28,180 bases of DNA from a virus. Its lineage: Duplodnaviria; Caudoviricetes. The number at the start of each line of letters is the position of its first letter. Within the stretch, counting starts at the first letter, position 1. The notes under the pieces are model-generated. The model did no database searches and was not told the DNA's origin. It saw only the letters and a list, made by a program, of their open reading frames with translations. The position numbers and the translations under genes are program-made. The stretch covers positions 1 to 28,180 of IMG/VR virus record IMGVR_UViG_3300030207_002922; one strand, 5' to 3'. Shown one piece after another: positions 1-8,833 of the stretch.

Positions 1-2
1 CG

Positions 3-3000
3 TTACAAGCAGGCAGACTACACAGTACTTTAGATATACCTTCTGGAAATCAAGGACAATCAACATTTAATTTAGCTTTGAGTGAAGACCAGACAGGCCC
101 AAGCAGGTCTGTATATTTTTACAATTTAACATTAGATAGTGAAGGCACAGAAAACAACACACTTACATTAGCAGATTCAATGTTTGTAACAAACAACTTA
201 ACAATTACTGATGGTGAAATATCTTGTAATGGTAGAAATCTTACAGTAACAAATGTTACATCAATAGGACCGGGTAGCGGTGGTTCAGACCAAGCAACAC
301 TAACTTGCAGCTCTGGAACTATGAGTTTTGGTTCTGGAATAACTAGCTCTTTTGGTGTAATTGTTAATCAAGGTGGTACATTTACTGGAGGTACTGGGGC
401 TCATACGATGGGTTCTTTTGAAGTAAAAAACAACAGTAATGCTAAGATGACAATGACTAACGGTGAATGTACGATAGATAGTGAAAAAAGTAGTGATGCT
501 AGAGCTATTCTTGTAGAAACGAACGCAACATTTGACAATAACGATGGTACAATTAAAATTACACACGCAGGAGATACAGACATAGAATTTAAAAGTGGAA
601 CAACATCACCCAAATGCCCACATAACCTTACTATTGATAAGTCAAACAATGATGTAATAACACATGGAAATTTACAAATAGATGGTAATTTATTTATTAA
701 AATTGTAGATATATCTCACAGTATGAGACCATCAAGTGCTTCAGATACATTGACTGTACTTGGTAATGTTACTATTAACAAAGGTAAACTAGGTGATACA
801 ACCAATTACACTGGAACTTTAGATTTCCGAGACCAAGTAAATATAAACACAGACGGAGTTCTTATTGCATCAAGCGGAACTACCAAGATTGCAGGTACTA
901 TGGATTTTGACGGTACTTTTACACACAATGGTGGAACTGTAAAGTTAGAAAATACATCTGAAAAAACACACAGTGTAGCTAACGGTACTACATTCAATCA
1001 TCTACAAAAAACAACAGCAGAGACTATGACATTTGCTACCAATTCACAAGTAACAATAATTAGTACTCTTACGATTAATCCAAGCTGTAATTTTAAAACA
1101 CGTAACGGTAATCAATTTACATTCGGTGACGCTTCAACGGCCTGTACAGTTACGAACAACGGTACATTTACTAACAGAAACAACAACAACACAGTAACCT
1201 TCCAAGCAGGTTCACAGTTGAAACCGTTTGTGTTTACAGGAAATGACTTTGATTGGGCTGGAGATGCTTCATCAGGTAATGTTCAAAATTATGTTATTTC
1301 TAATTGTAACTGGGACCCAGACATAACAACAGGAGAGTATGTATCTATTCAACTTGCAGGAGATTGTGAGTTTGACGCTTTTACAGTAAGTGCAAATTCT
1401 ACTTTAGATTTGAATGGACAGAGGGCTGTGTTTGGCGGTGCTTTTGATTTAACTACAGGTGCTTTAGCAATGAATGACGCTATGGCTGTATTTACTAATA
1501 CAATAGATTTTAACGGAAGAGTTCCTACATCTAATACAGGTACAACTATTATTCATAACCCACCAAGTACGTCTGAAAAATTAATAACCTCTTTATATTT
1601 TGGAGGGACTTTTTTTGCTCAAGGAGCTGAAAGTGATGTTAATGGTTATGCTTGGGGAGGTTCTTCAGGAGAATATCCCGCAAAAGTATTTGTTGGTGGT
1701 CAGTTAGATTGTCAACAAAGTGTAAAAACAAATACTCTTATGCAGGTAGCAACAGGTGGAGAGTTAAGAGGTAATGACAGAACACTTACTTGTGAAGGAG
1801 ATTTTACTAAGAGTGGTGGTCTCATTGGTAAGAGTGCTGTAAAGTTTGATGATACTGATAGCAATACTACAGGTTTTATAAACTGCGGTTCTGATTCAGG
1901 TATAGATAATAAATTTGACGGAGGCGGCACTATAGAAGCTTGGATTAAACCAAATAGCAAAGGGCAATTAGAAAACTATGGAGGTATAATAGCAAGTAAA
2001 GTGTTTTGGTACTTTTCCACAACAAGAGATAGCGGTTCAAATACTTGTAAATTAACTTTTAAACAATTTTTTGACGGTGATGATTCAGAATGGAATACTA
2101 CTGACCACGTTATTACATATAACGAATGGAATCACGTTGCTATTACTTATGACAATAGTGATGTAGCAAACAACCCTATAATGTATATTAACGGAAAACA
2201 AGTAGCATTAACAAGAGACCAAGCAGCTACAGGCACAAGAAATTCAGATGCAGGTTACAATTTCTTTATTGGTAATTACGATGCTAATGATAATATGCAT
2301 TTTGATGGAACTATTGCTATGGTAAGATATTTTGATGATATAAGAACAGAATCTGAAATAAGAGCAGATATGTTTAATGAACACGCTGATATGGCAAATA
2401 CAGGCGACCTTATTGCTATGTGGCAGTTTGACGAAGGAAGTGGTACAACCATAGATAACAAGGGTTCAGTAGGTGCAGCCGCAGATGGAACGCTTACAGC
2501 AGGTAGTGTATCTGGAGGCTGGGTAGGAGGAGGAACATTCGTACAAGGTACTTCTACACTCACGTTTTCTAAGTCTGGTGCACAAACTTTAAACTTTTAT
2601 TCTTCAGACAATTTTAACAACATTAAAATTGAGGCAGGTTCAACAACTAGTTTGAATGGATTTGGATTAGGTTCAGGTGCACCTTTGGATTGTTTTGGTA
2701 ATCTTATAGTTAGCGGTACTTTAACAGATTCAGGCGATAATTCAATTGTGAAATTAAGAACAGCAGACAAAACTCACGATTTTTCAGGAACACTTACTGG
2801 ATTATATTCAATGATAGTAGATATTAGTAGTGGTAATTTGAACATTCCTGCATTAAATACACCTAGATTGAGATTTTCTACTTCAGTTACAGGAACTGCA
2901 ACAGGAAACCTTACAATTACAGAAGAGTTACAAGTTGATACCAACACAACATTTGTAGCTAATGGTAAAACAATAACTACAAAACTAGTTGATTTAAATG

Positions 3001-3362
3001 ATGGTACCTTTAATTTAGGTGAGGGTACTTTAATTTTATCTCATACTGGTGCTTCAAATGGTTTTGACACAAATGCAGCTTCAGTTTTAGCTGCTGGTCC
3101 CGGTGCAACAATATCTGGTTCGTCAGCAGGTACGACCTTTAAATCTAGAAATAACTTTGTGGTAGTAGGTAAAGTAGAAAACCTAAACGTTACAGAGGAA
3201 GAATTATCAGTTACAGGTCAAGTTATAAACTGTACAGGAGATATTATTCAACAACACCCAACAATCGACCATGACCAACAATTAGACTTTGACACAGCAG
3301 ACGATAGGGATATAATATTAGGTCGAGACTTAGATAAAAACACGGAGTTGATTAACTCGTAA
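3..3362 (+). CDS. Large virion fibre/adhesin-like protein: beta-helix-like repeats with an inserted LamG (concanavalin A-like) domain; 5'-truncated by the window edge
   Basis: The frame is open from position 3 (LQAGRLHSTL...), so the TTG at 78 is probably not the real start. T/G/N/S-rich repeats such as GTFTHNGGTVK, ATFDNNDGTIK and GTFVQGTSTLTF. LamG motifs TIEAWIKP, NEWNHVAITYD, MYING, FDGTIAMVRYFD, WQFDEGSGT at about 1825-2525. Confidence 0.8.
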   Translation, partial: LQAGRLHSTLDIPSGNQGQSTFNLALSEDQTGPSRSVYFYNLTLDSEGTENNTLTLADSMFVTNNLTITDGEISCNGRNLTVTNVTSIGPGSGGSDQATLTCSSGTMSFGSGITSSFGVIVNQGGTFTGGTGAHTMGSFEVKNNSNAKMTMTNGECTIDSEKSSDARAILVETNATFDNNDGTIKITHAGDTDIEFKSGTTSPKCPHNLTIDKSNNDVITHGNLQIDGNLFIKIVDISHSMRPSSASDTLTVLGNVTINKGKLGDTTNYTGTLDFRDQVNINTDGVLIASSGTTKIAGTMDFDGTFTHNGGTVKLENTSEKTHSVANGTTFNHLQKTTAETMTFATNSQVTIISTLTINPSCNFKTRNGNQFTFGDASTACTVTNNGTFTNRNNNNTVTFQAGSQLKPFVFTGNDFDWAGDASSGNVQNYVISNCNWDPDITTGEYVSIQLAGDCEFDAFTVSANSTLDLNGQRAVFGGAFDLTTGALAMNDAMAVFTNTIDFNGRVPTSNTGTTIIHNPPSTSEKLITSLYFGGTFFAQGAESDVNGYAWGGSSGEYPAKVFVGGQLDCQQSVKTNTLMQVATGGELRGNDRTLTCEGDFTKSGGLIGKSAVKFDDTDSNTTGFINCGSDSGIDNKFDGGGTIEAWIKPNSKGQLENYGGIIASKVFWYFSTTRDSGSNTCKLTFKQFFDGDDSEWNTTDHVITYNEWNHVAITYDNSDVANNPIMYINGKQVALTRDQAATGTRNSDAGYNFFIGNYDANDNMHFDGTIAMVRYFDDIRTESEIRADMFNEHADMANTGDLIAMWQFDEGSGTTIDNKGSVGAAADGTLTAGSVSGGWVGGGTFVQGTSTLTFSKSGAQTLNFYSSDNFNNIKIEAGSTTSLNGFGLGSGAPLDCFGNLIVSGTLTDSGDNSIVKLRTADKTHDFSGTLTGLYSMIVDISSGNLNIPALNTPRLRFSTSVTGTATGNLTITEELQVDTNTTFVANGKTITTKLVDLNDGTFNLGEGTLILSHTGASNGFDTNAASVLAAGPGATISGSSAGTTFKSRNNFVVVGKVENLNVTEEELSVTGQVINCTGDIIQQHPTIDHDQQLDFDTADDRDIILGRDLDKNTELINS

Positions 3363-3376
3363 GGAAAGGTTTAAAT

Positions 3377-3583
3377 ATGGCGGAAACAGATAAAGAATTA
3401 CTGATTCGCATTGATGAACGCGTCAAGACCATTTATAATAGGATGGACAAATTCGAAACTCTCTTTACGAATCACTTAGCTCACCACGAAATGTGGGAAG
3501 AAGATATAAAAAGACAAGTGCGATGGCTTGTTGGTGTAGCACTTAGTGCAGCCACAGGTGTAGGCGCATGGGGGATGATGTAA
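3377..3583 (+). CDS. Small coiled-coil protein with C-terminal transmembrane helix (XhlA/holin-like)
   Basis: LIRIDERVKTIYNRMDK heptad segment followed by hydrophobic WLVGVALSAATGVGAWGMM. Purine-rich RBS AAGGAAAGG upstream. Confidence 0.55.
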   Translation: MAETDKELLIRIDERVKTIYNRMDKFETLFTNHLAHHEMWEEDIKRQVRWLVGVALSAATGVGAWGMM

Positions 3584-4053
3584 TGGCAATAACAAGTATA
3601 ACAACACTAGCCGGACTGAGAGACCGTATCAGGCTCTTAGCTGGTATTGAACAAGAAGAATTAGATAATGATACGTTAGACATTCTAATTAGTATATCAA
3701 GCGAATGGTTTGAAGAACAAATTGGAACAGCTTATGATGTAACATCTTCTGCTGCAGCTTATGATAATGCTGTAGCTTACTACACTTGTTATTTAGCTTC
3801 TATTGCACAAAATGGTATGGGTATAGAACGAATACAAGTTGGAGACCTAGCAGTTTATTACGAAGGTGACCAATTTATACATTTCAAAGAATTAGCTGAA
3901 CAACAGTTAGTTATGAAAAATGCACTCAGTATTAAAAGAACAGAATATAATGCTAATCCATTCACTGGTAAAGTTAATTGGAAGAAAAACGTTACAGGTA
4001 TTGATTCTACCAAGGACATGTATCCAGAACCACAGGGTACACGAGGTAATTAA
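3583..4053 (+). CDS. Putative head-tail adaptor/connector (HK97 gp6 / SPP1 gp15-like)
   Basis: Start placed at ATG 3583 (TAATG overlap with the previous stop). Helical N-terminus LRDRIRLLAG...DTLDILI, then AVAYYTCYL and ERIQVGDLAVYY, the pattern of adaptor proteins. First gene of the neck block. Confidence 0.6.
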   Translation: MAITSITTLAGLRDRIRLLAGIEQEELDNDTLDILISISSEWFEEQIGTAYDVTSSAAAYDNAVAYYTCYLASIAQNGMGIERIQVGDLAVYYEGDQFIHFKELAEQQLVMKNALSIKRTEYNANPFTGKVNWKKNVTGIDSTKDMYPEPQGTRGN

Positions 4054-5012
4054 TGCCCGGTCTGATTGGTTCTCAAGGTGTCCGACCCGGTGCCTTGAAT
4101 ATGAACAGAGTGTTTCGCGCACTGAGATACCGAACTGAGCAAGCTCAGAAAGTAACTTATCATAGACCTACTATTTATAAAACAGATAATTACGGAGTTC
4201 CTTCTGGTTCAGTGGGTTCTCCTGAAATATTACTACCAGATTTACCTGCAATTATTAGACCAGCAATGACAGCAGATTACAGTCAAGAAAAGTTTGGTAG
4301 TAACATCATTGGAGCTGCCAGAGTATACACTCCAAATATAACTACTATAAAAAACCTTCCTAATTTTGACCAAGATAACAATACTAACTTTAATGAAATA
4401 GAAGGGTGGGATAGACTAATTACAAACTATAGGACAATATTTTCTATTCCTACGTCAGGCACCACTAATTGGAGTACTGACGAGGGAACAATAACTTCAG
4501 ACGGAGAATCTATCACAAATACATTATCCGACAATGGATACATTAGATATACAGCAACTTCTAAAAATGCATTAGAAGCAGACAGGTTAAGATTCAAAGT
4601 TAAAACTAATTTTACAGCCACAATTACTACATTTACAATCGTGAATGCAGAAGGGTCTCCACAAACATTAACATATACTCCTACTTCATTAACAGTACCA
4701 AGTGGAAACTGGTTAACTGTTGATGTGCCTTATGTTTCAGGTACCTCTGCTACCAGTATATATCGTGATGGAACAAGATATGCTGTTACAGTAGGTGGAA
4801 CATATGATTATGAGACAAATGTAGATAAAATACAAATTAATTATACAGGATACGGAGCAGCAACAAACACCGTTCAAATCAAAGAATTAGAATTTTACAA
4901 ATCAGTATCATGGCACGTACATTCCTTGAAAGACATGACTGATGGCTATATAATTTTTAATTGTGTTCGCACAAGTGGACGCTATGATTCTAGAAGGAGG
5001 GCTGAAGAGTAA
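4053..5012 (+). CDS. Putative head-closure (SPP1 gp16-like) protein with an inserted ~160-aa beta-sandwich domain
   Basis: VTYHRP...DNYGVP...LPAIIRP...FG...ARVYTP...WDRLI and C-terminal WHVHSLKD...YIIFNCVR fit the head-closure pattern. T-rich beta insert at about 4425-4900. TAATG coupling at both ends. Confidence 0.55.
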   Translation: MPGLIGSQGVRPGALNMNRVFRALRYRTEQAQKVTYHRPTIYKTDNYGVPSGSVGSPEILLPDLPAIIRPAMTADYSQEKFGSNIIGAARVYTPNITTIKNLPNFDQDNNTNFNEIEGWDRLITNYRTIFSIPTSGTTNWSTDEGTITSDGESITNTLSDNGYIRYTATSKNALEADRLRFKVKTNFTATITTFTIVNAEGSPQTLTYTPTSLTVPSGNWLTVDVPYVSGTSATSIYRDGTRYAVTVGGTYDYETNVDKIQINYTGYGAATNTVQIKELEFYKSVSWHVHSLKDMTDGYIIFNCVRTSGRYDSRRRAEE

Positions 5013-5530
5013 TGCCAGTAGACCACTTGAATATAGTCGAACGTAAACTAATCGATAATTTACGAACCGGTACTTACAACACTACTGGAGGCACCAGTAC
5101 AGCTTGGAGTAGTTCAGATGTCACAGTCTTTGGTCAGTTCCCTAGCACTACTGATGTAAAATATCCAGCAATTGTAACTGAAATGAGCGCCAATGGGCTC
5201 GAAACTCAGTTCATGGGGCAGAAGTTGACATTCGGAGCAAGCAATACTGAGGCAGTAGGGGAGCTCTATGGAGTAGCTTTTAGGATAAATATAGCGGTAG
5301 ATAGAGCAAGCACTATTACGGTCTCAGGAGAGCCCTATAAAGAAAGAAGGTTGCTTAATTATCTCATGCTTAATTGCGCTAATGTACTTATGGATACTGA
5401 TTTTAGCAGTACTAATACCGATGTGGTGCAACGTAACTACACTGGGTTCCAAGATATAGGATATAACCCAGATTTAGAAATATGGGCAGCGACCGCAAAT
5501 ATGATTATTGTTTTCAAAAACAATAGGTGA
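5012..5530 (+). CDS. Putative tail terminator/completion protein (SPP1 gp17-like)
   Basis: 172 aa. N-terminal helix, VFGQFP...YPAIVTE, FRINIAVD, second helix, and a terminal WAATANMIIVF strand. Lies between head closure and tail tube genes. Confidence 0.55.
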   Translation: MPVDHLNIVERKLIDNLRTGTYNTTGGTSTAWSSSDVTVFGQFPSTTDVKYPAIVTEMSANGLETQFMGQKLTFGASNTEAVGELYGVAFRINIAVDRASTITVSGEPYKERRLLNYLMLNCANVLMDTDFSSTNTDVVQRNYTGFQDIGYNPDLEIWAATANMIIVFKNNR

Positions 5531-7035
5531 ACATGACTCAAGTACTTTTTGGTAGACAGTTTGTTCAACAGGAGGTTCTCAGGACAATAACTCTCGGTTT
5601 GTCACCGTTTATTCCCTTTTCACAACAGTATGTAATGGCAATGAAACAAGAGCAAGACAACACTACCATGATGCCAAACCCACCTATGGGTAGTAGAGCA
5701 GCAGACCCCAAGTGGGAGGCACGAAAACAGGCATATTTTAGTCAGCCCCGCTCAAGTCCTAGAGAGATTCTTAATAAAGGACCACAAGTAGATACGCGAG
5801 AAATAGCTAAAAGATTACAATTTTTATTCGAACAAGATATGGGAACTAACCCAAGTGCTAGAAAGTATGAAGAATCAGTAGTAGGTGAAATATTATCAGC
5901 CGTTGGAGCTGAAGAAGTAGATAAAATATTAAATCAACTAGGTACACCTATACAAAAGGGTATTGATGGTAGTCCTTTATTTACTGGAGCAAGACCAGTA
6001 GGTGGTCAGGGTTTTGATAGAGTAATGACAGACCAACTAAGAACTGTATTTAGTGAAGCTTTTGGTGGTAGAGATATGTCTAAGGTAGTTGCTATTGAAG
6101 AAACTGAAGCACAATACGCAAAAGAGTTACAAGAAGGACTTAGAGGATTAGATGATACCAAAGCTGCAGAACAATTTACAAAAAATGTAGTTAAAGTTTA
6201 TGGTAATATGAATAAAATGTTGAAAAACATCAAAGCAGATAACGAAGACGAACTATTAGGTGGATTAATAATGGCACGTGAAGACCCTTTTTATGCAACA
6301 GACGCATATACTAAACAGGTATTAGCTCGTGCTATAGATATGTTTTCTAGAAATTTAGGTAATGCAGAATATATGTATACTGTACCTCTTGGTAATACTG
6401 GTATGGCAGGCACCGTGTTTATAAAACATGTTATGAAAAATAAATCACCACAGATTTCATATCAAATGGAAATTACTAAAACAGGAGGGCGTGGTAGATT
6501 GATAGAACTCATGGCTACCGGTTTAACACATATAAATGTACAAGCAGGTACAGCCTTTACTAAACAAATAGCAGCCATGGACCAAATAGCTATTAATGAA
6601 GCTATTTTGACTGCAGATAGGGTAGGGTATATAGGTCAAATGCAAGAAATAACTTTGAATCAAATGTTAGATGTGGGGGCAGATATTTCACTTTCTACAC
6701 AAAAAGCACCCGGTGTTATGGGGTTAAGCTCGAAAGATATGGCAGACAACCTACAAAAACAAATGACAGCATCATTAAAAGACCCTAAAGTTAAAAATTC
6801 ATTCACTAAAATATATTTAGAATTAATAGCAAAAGCAAACGATGCATCTCAGGCATGGAAACACGCTGTGTCTCCACCTCCTGAGTTTACTAGCAATAAT
6901 GCTGGTGTATGGAAAGAATCAGGACCGAATTGGAGAGAACAGGAGGGTTCAGACTTCTCAGTCTCACCTTTCTTAATAATGAGAAGAAAAGGAGTAGCTT
7001 CATTCAAACCAGAGAATAAGGCTAGTTTCCTATAG
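5527..7035 (+). CDS. Hypothetical ~500-aa helical, Met-rich protein in the neck/tail module
   Basis: Long ORF coupled to the previous gene (GTGA overlap; alternative ATG at 5533). No recognisable motif. Confidence 0.75.
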   Translation: MNMTQVLFGRQFVQQEVLRTITLGLSPFIPFSQQYVMAMKQEQDNTTMMPNPPMGSRAADPKWEARKQAYFSQPRSSPREILNKGPQVDTREIAKRLQFLFEQDMGTNPSARKYEESVVGEILSAVGAEEVDKILNQLGTPIQKGIDGSPLFTGARPVGGQGFDRVMTDQLRTVFSEAFGGRDMSKVVAIEETEAQYAKELQEGLRGLDDTKAAEQFTKNVVKVYGNMNKMLKNIKADNEDELLGGLIMAREDPFYATDAYTKQVLARAIDMFSRNLGNAEYMYTVPLGNTGMAGTVFIKHVMKNKSPQISYQMEITKTGGRGRLIELMATGLTHINVQAGTAFTKQIAAMDQIAINEAILTADRVGYIGQMQEITLNQMLDVGADISLSTQKAPGVMGLSSKDMADNLQKQMTASLKDPKVKNSFTKIYLELIAKANDASQAWKHAVSPPPEFTSNNAGVWKESGPNWREQEGSDFSVSPFLIMRRKGVASFKPENKASFL

Positions 7036-7041
7036 TTGAAG

Positions 7042-7061
7042 GAAAACTTTATATACTATGT
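7042..7061 (+). promoter_or_regulatory. Archaeal BRE-TATA promoter for the tail tube operon
   Basis: GAAAAC-TTTATATA-CTATGT in the largest intergenic gap of the + arm. Its 18-bp core recurs exactly at 28059-28076 on the - strand. Confidence 0.75.
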
Positions 7062-7129
7062 AAAAGTAAATAAAGAGTAGAGTGTAGTGACATGAATTTT
7101 GTCTAGACAACAAATACGGAGAAGAAAAA

Positions 7130-7837
7130 ATGGTATATTTCCTAGGAAGAGACGTAGCAGTCGCAATAACTACCGAATCAACAGTCGCCGCAAATGATGT
7201 GAGCGTAGCTGGGGGTGTGTGTATATCAGGGGCAGCCTCTGGTATTAGATTCGCAGCAGACATGAACGCAAGTACTTTCAGTTCATACACAGCTGGTAAT
7301 GGTTTAGTAGAGGATTTGACTGGCGTAGACATTAGCATTGGTGCTATGGATGAAGACATTACTTATATGGGCCAAAGGCAAACAAGTAAAGTCGAACAGA
7401 AAAAAGAAGTTAGTATAACTTTGACGCATAAAAAGAAAAATAACGTATGGGATGTTATTTTCAATGGGCCTTCACAAGCAGCCTCATTGGAAAGCTTTAG
7501 TTCAAACCAACCTTTTGGTGCAAGATTTGGACTTGACATGACCACAGATGACTCACCATATCTTGGTGATGGATTGAAAAATCCTAGAGATGTCATTGAC
7601 AGTGGTTCAACCAACGTTTGTTATGGTTATAGAGTACATGTAAAGATGTTGACCGGTTCAACAGATGGAACAACCGAGACAATATCTATACCAAATTGTA
7701 CCGTTACTGGATATACTGTATCCCTAAATCCAGATGGTGTAACAGAAGAGACAATAGAATTGTCAACAAATCAAACACCTCTGTACAGTGCAGGTGATAA
7801 TATTAATAATACACTTACACCGCAGGCAGGGTTCTGA
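7130..7837 (+). CDS. Major tail (tube) protein, paralog 1
   Basis: Beta-rich 235 aa immediately upstream of the chaperone and tape measure genes, with its own promoter. Tube-like pattern GVDISIGAMDEDITYMG...VSITLT...IPNCTVTGYTVSLNPDGVTEETIEL. Confidence 0.7.
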   Translation: MVYFLGRDVAVAITTESTVAANDVSVAGGVCISGAASGIRFAADMNASTFSSYTAGNGLVEDLTGVDISIGAMDEDITYMGQRQTSKVEQKKEVSITLTHKKKNNVWDVIFNGPSQAASLESFSSNQPFGARFGLDMTTDDSPYLGDGLKNPRDVIDSGSTNVCYGYRVHVKMLTGSTDGTTETISIPNCTVTGYTVSLNPDGVTEETIELSTNQTPLYSAGDNINNTLTPQAGF

Positions 7838-8412
7838 TGGTTTACTATCTTGGAAGAGATGTTGAAGTAGCATTATCTACTGAAAACTCAACAATAGGTG
7901 TAACAGCTGCAGATACTATGGTTTACAGTGCTGCCGCATCCGGAACTGCAAGAGCTTTAGGTTCTGGTAGTGCAGGAGCAGTAGACACTAAATCACTAGT
8001 ATCAGACGTAACTGCTGTTGATATTGGTATTGGAGCTATGGACGAGGATATCACTTATTTTGGTATTCGCTCGGTTACCAAAGCTGAAATCAAAAAAGAA
8101 ACAACCGTAAGTATTACTCGAAAGAAGAGTTCTAGTGAGTTTGACCACTTATTCAACAACGCTAGATATGGTGTTTCTGGAGCTTCTACCCCATGGCCGG
8201 GTCTAGAAGAACCTTCAGCAACACACGGTTACAGAATATATGTTCAACTGAAAGAAAGTGGGGAAGTATTAAGCATTCCAAATGCTTGTGTTCAAGCCCA
8301 CACAGTTACAACTAACGCTGATGGAGTCAGTGAAGAGACAATTGAATTTATGTCTTACGTAACTCCATACATTGGTACCCAAACTAACTTGGCTACCACA
8401 AATCCATTCTAG
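7837..8412 (+). CDS. Major tail (tube) protein, paralog 2
   Basis: Clear paralog of 7130-7837: MVYYLGRDV, VDIGIGAMDEDITYFG, GYRIYV, SIPNACV, DGVSEETIE. TGATG overlap with paralog 1. Confidence 0.7.
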   Translation: MVYYLGRDVEVALSTENSTIGVTAADTMVYSAAASGTARALGSGSAGAVDTKSLVSDVTAVDIGIGAMDEDITYFGIRSVTKAEIKKETTVSITRKKSSSEFDHLFNNARYGVSGASTPWPGLEEPSATHGYRIYVQLKESGEVLSIPNACVQAHTVTTNADGVSEETIEFMSYVTPYIGTQTNLATTNPF

Positions 8413-8432
8413 ATAACTAGATGGTAACAACT

Positions 8433-8456
8433 TGAGGGGGTGAAATATCCCCCTCA
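8433..8456 (+). terminator. GC-rich stem-loop after the tail tube genes (attenuator or mRNA-stabilising element)
   Basis: TGAGGGGG-TGAAATAT-CCCCCTCA, a perfect 8-bp stem in the intergenic gap. No following U-tract. Confidence 0.5.
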
Positions 8457-8467
8457 GAAGGTATAAA

Positions 8468-8833
8468 ATGACAGAAGAAAAGAAAGAAATTTGGTCAATG
8501 GAAGAATTAGTAGCACTCACTGATGAAGTGCAAATAGATGAAGTAGTTTTTAGAGAAAAAGTTGTGGAATTCCAATTCTGCGAACTTACAGAAAAAGAAG
8601 AACCTAAGATAGCAAACATTGAAAACATCCCAGATGATGAAAAAATGGGATACTATCAAGAACTTGGGTCAGAAAGAGTCATGAAAATGATAATTAAGGC
8701 AAATGAAAAGAACCCTGATGGACCATGCATATCTGAAGAACAGTGGACTCTTCTCCCTACTACTTTGAGATACGCAATATCCAACAAAATTCTAGGCGTA
8801 GAATCGGAAGTGAAAGAAAATTTTACCATCTGA
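8468..8833 (+). CDS. Tail assembly chaperone (lambda gpG-like)
   Basis: Acidic 121-aa protein between tube and tape measure genes. Ends ...KENFTI with slippery heptamer A-AAT-TTT at 8818-8824. Confidence 0.75.
   Translation: MTEEKKEIWSMEELVALTDEVQIDEVVFREKVVEFQFCELTEKEEPKIANIENIPDDEKMGYYQELGSERVMKMIIKANEKNPDGPCISEEQWTLLPTTLRYAISNKILGVESEVKENFTI
8818..8824 (+). other. Programmed -1 ribosomal frameshift slippery site (AAATTTT)
   Basis: X-XXY-YYZ heptamer in the correct phase (GAA AAT TTT). The -1 frame is open to 9126 (KFYHLMVDTP...). Confidence 0.7.

Noticed and set aside
3364-3377. GAAAGGTTTAAATA looks like a BRE-TATA promoter
   Set aside because: It abuts the ATG at 3377, so a TSS would fall inside the gene. 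The same purine-rich + TAAATATG context precedes starts at 23724 and 23668, so it is better read as an RBS plus spacer.
5527-7035. Possible tail sheath (myovirus) because of size and position before the tube genes
   Set aside because: No sheath motifs recognised and no baseplate wedge genes in the tail module; cannot be fully excluded without a profile search.
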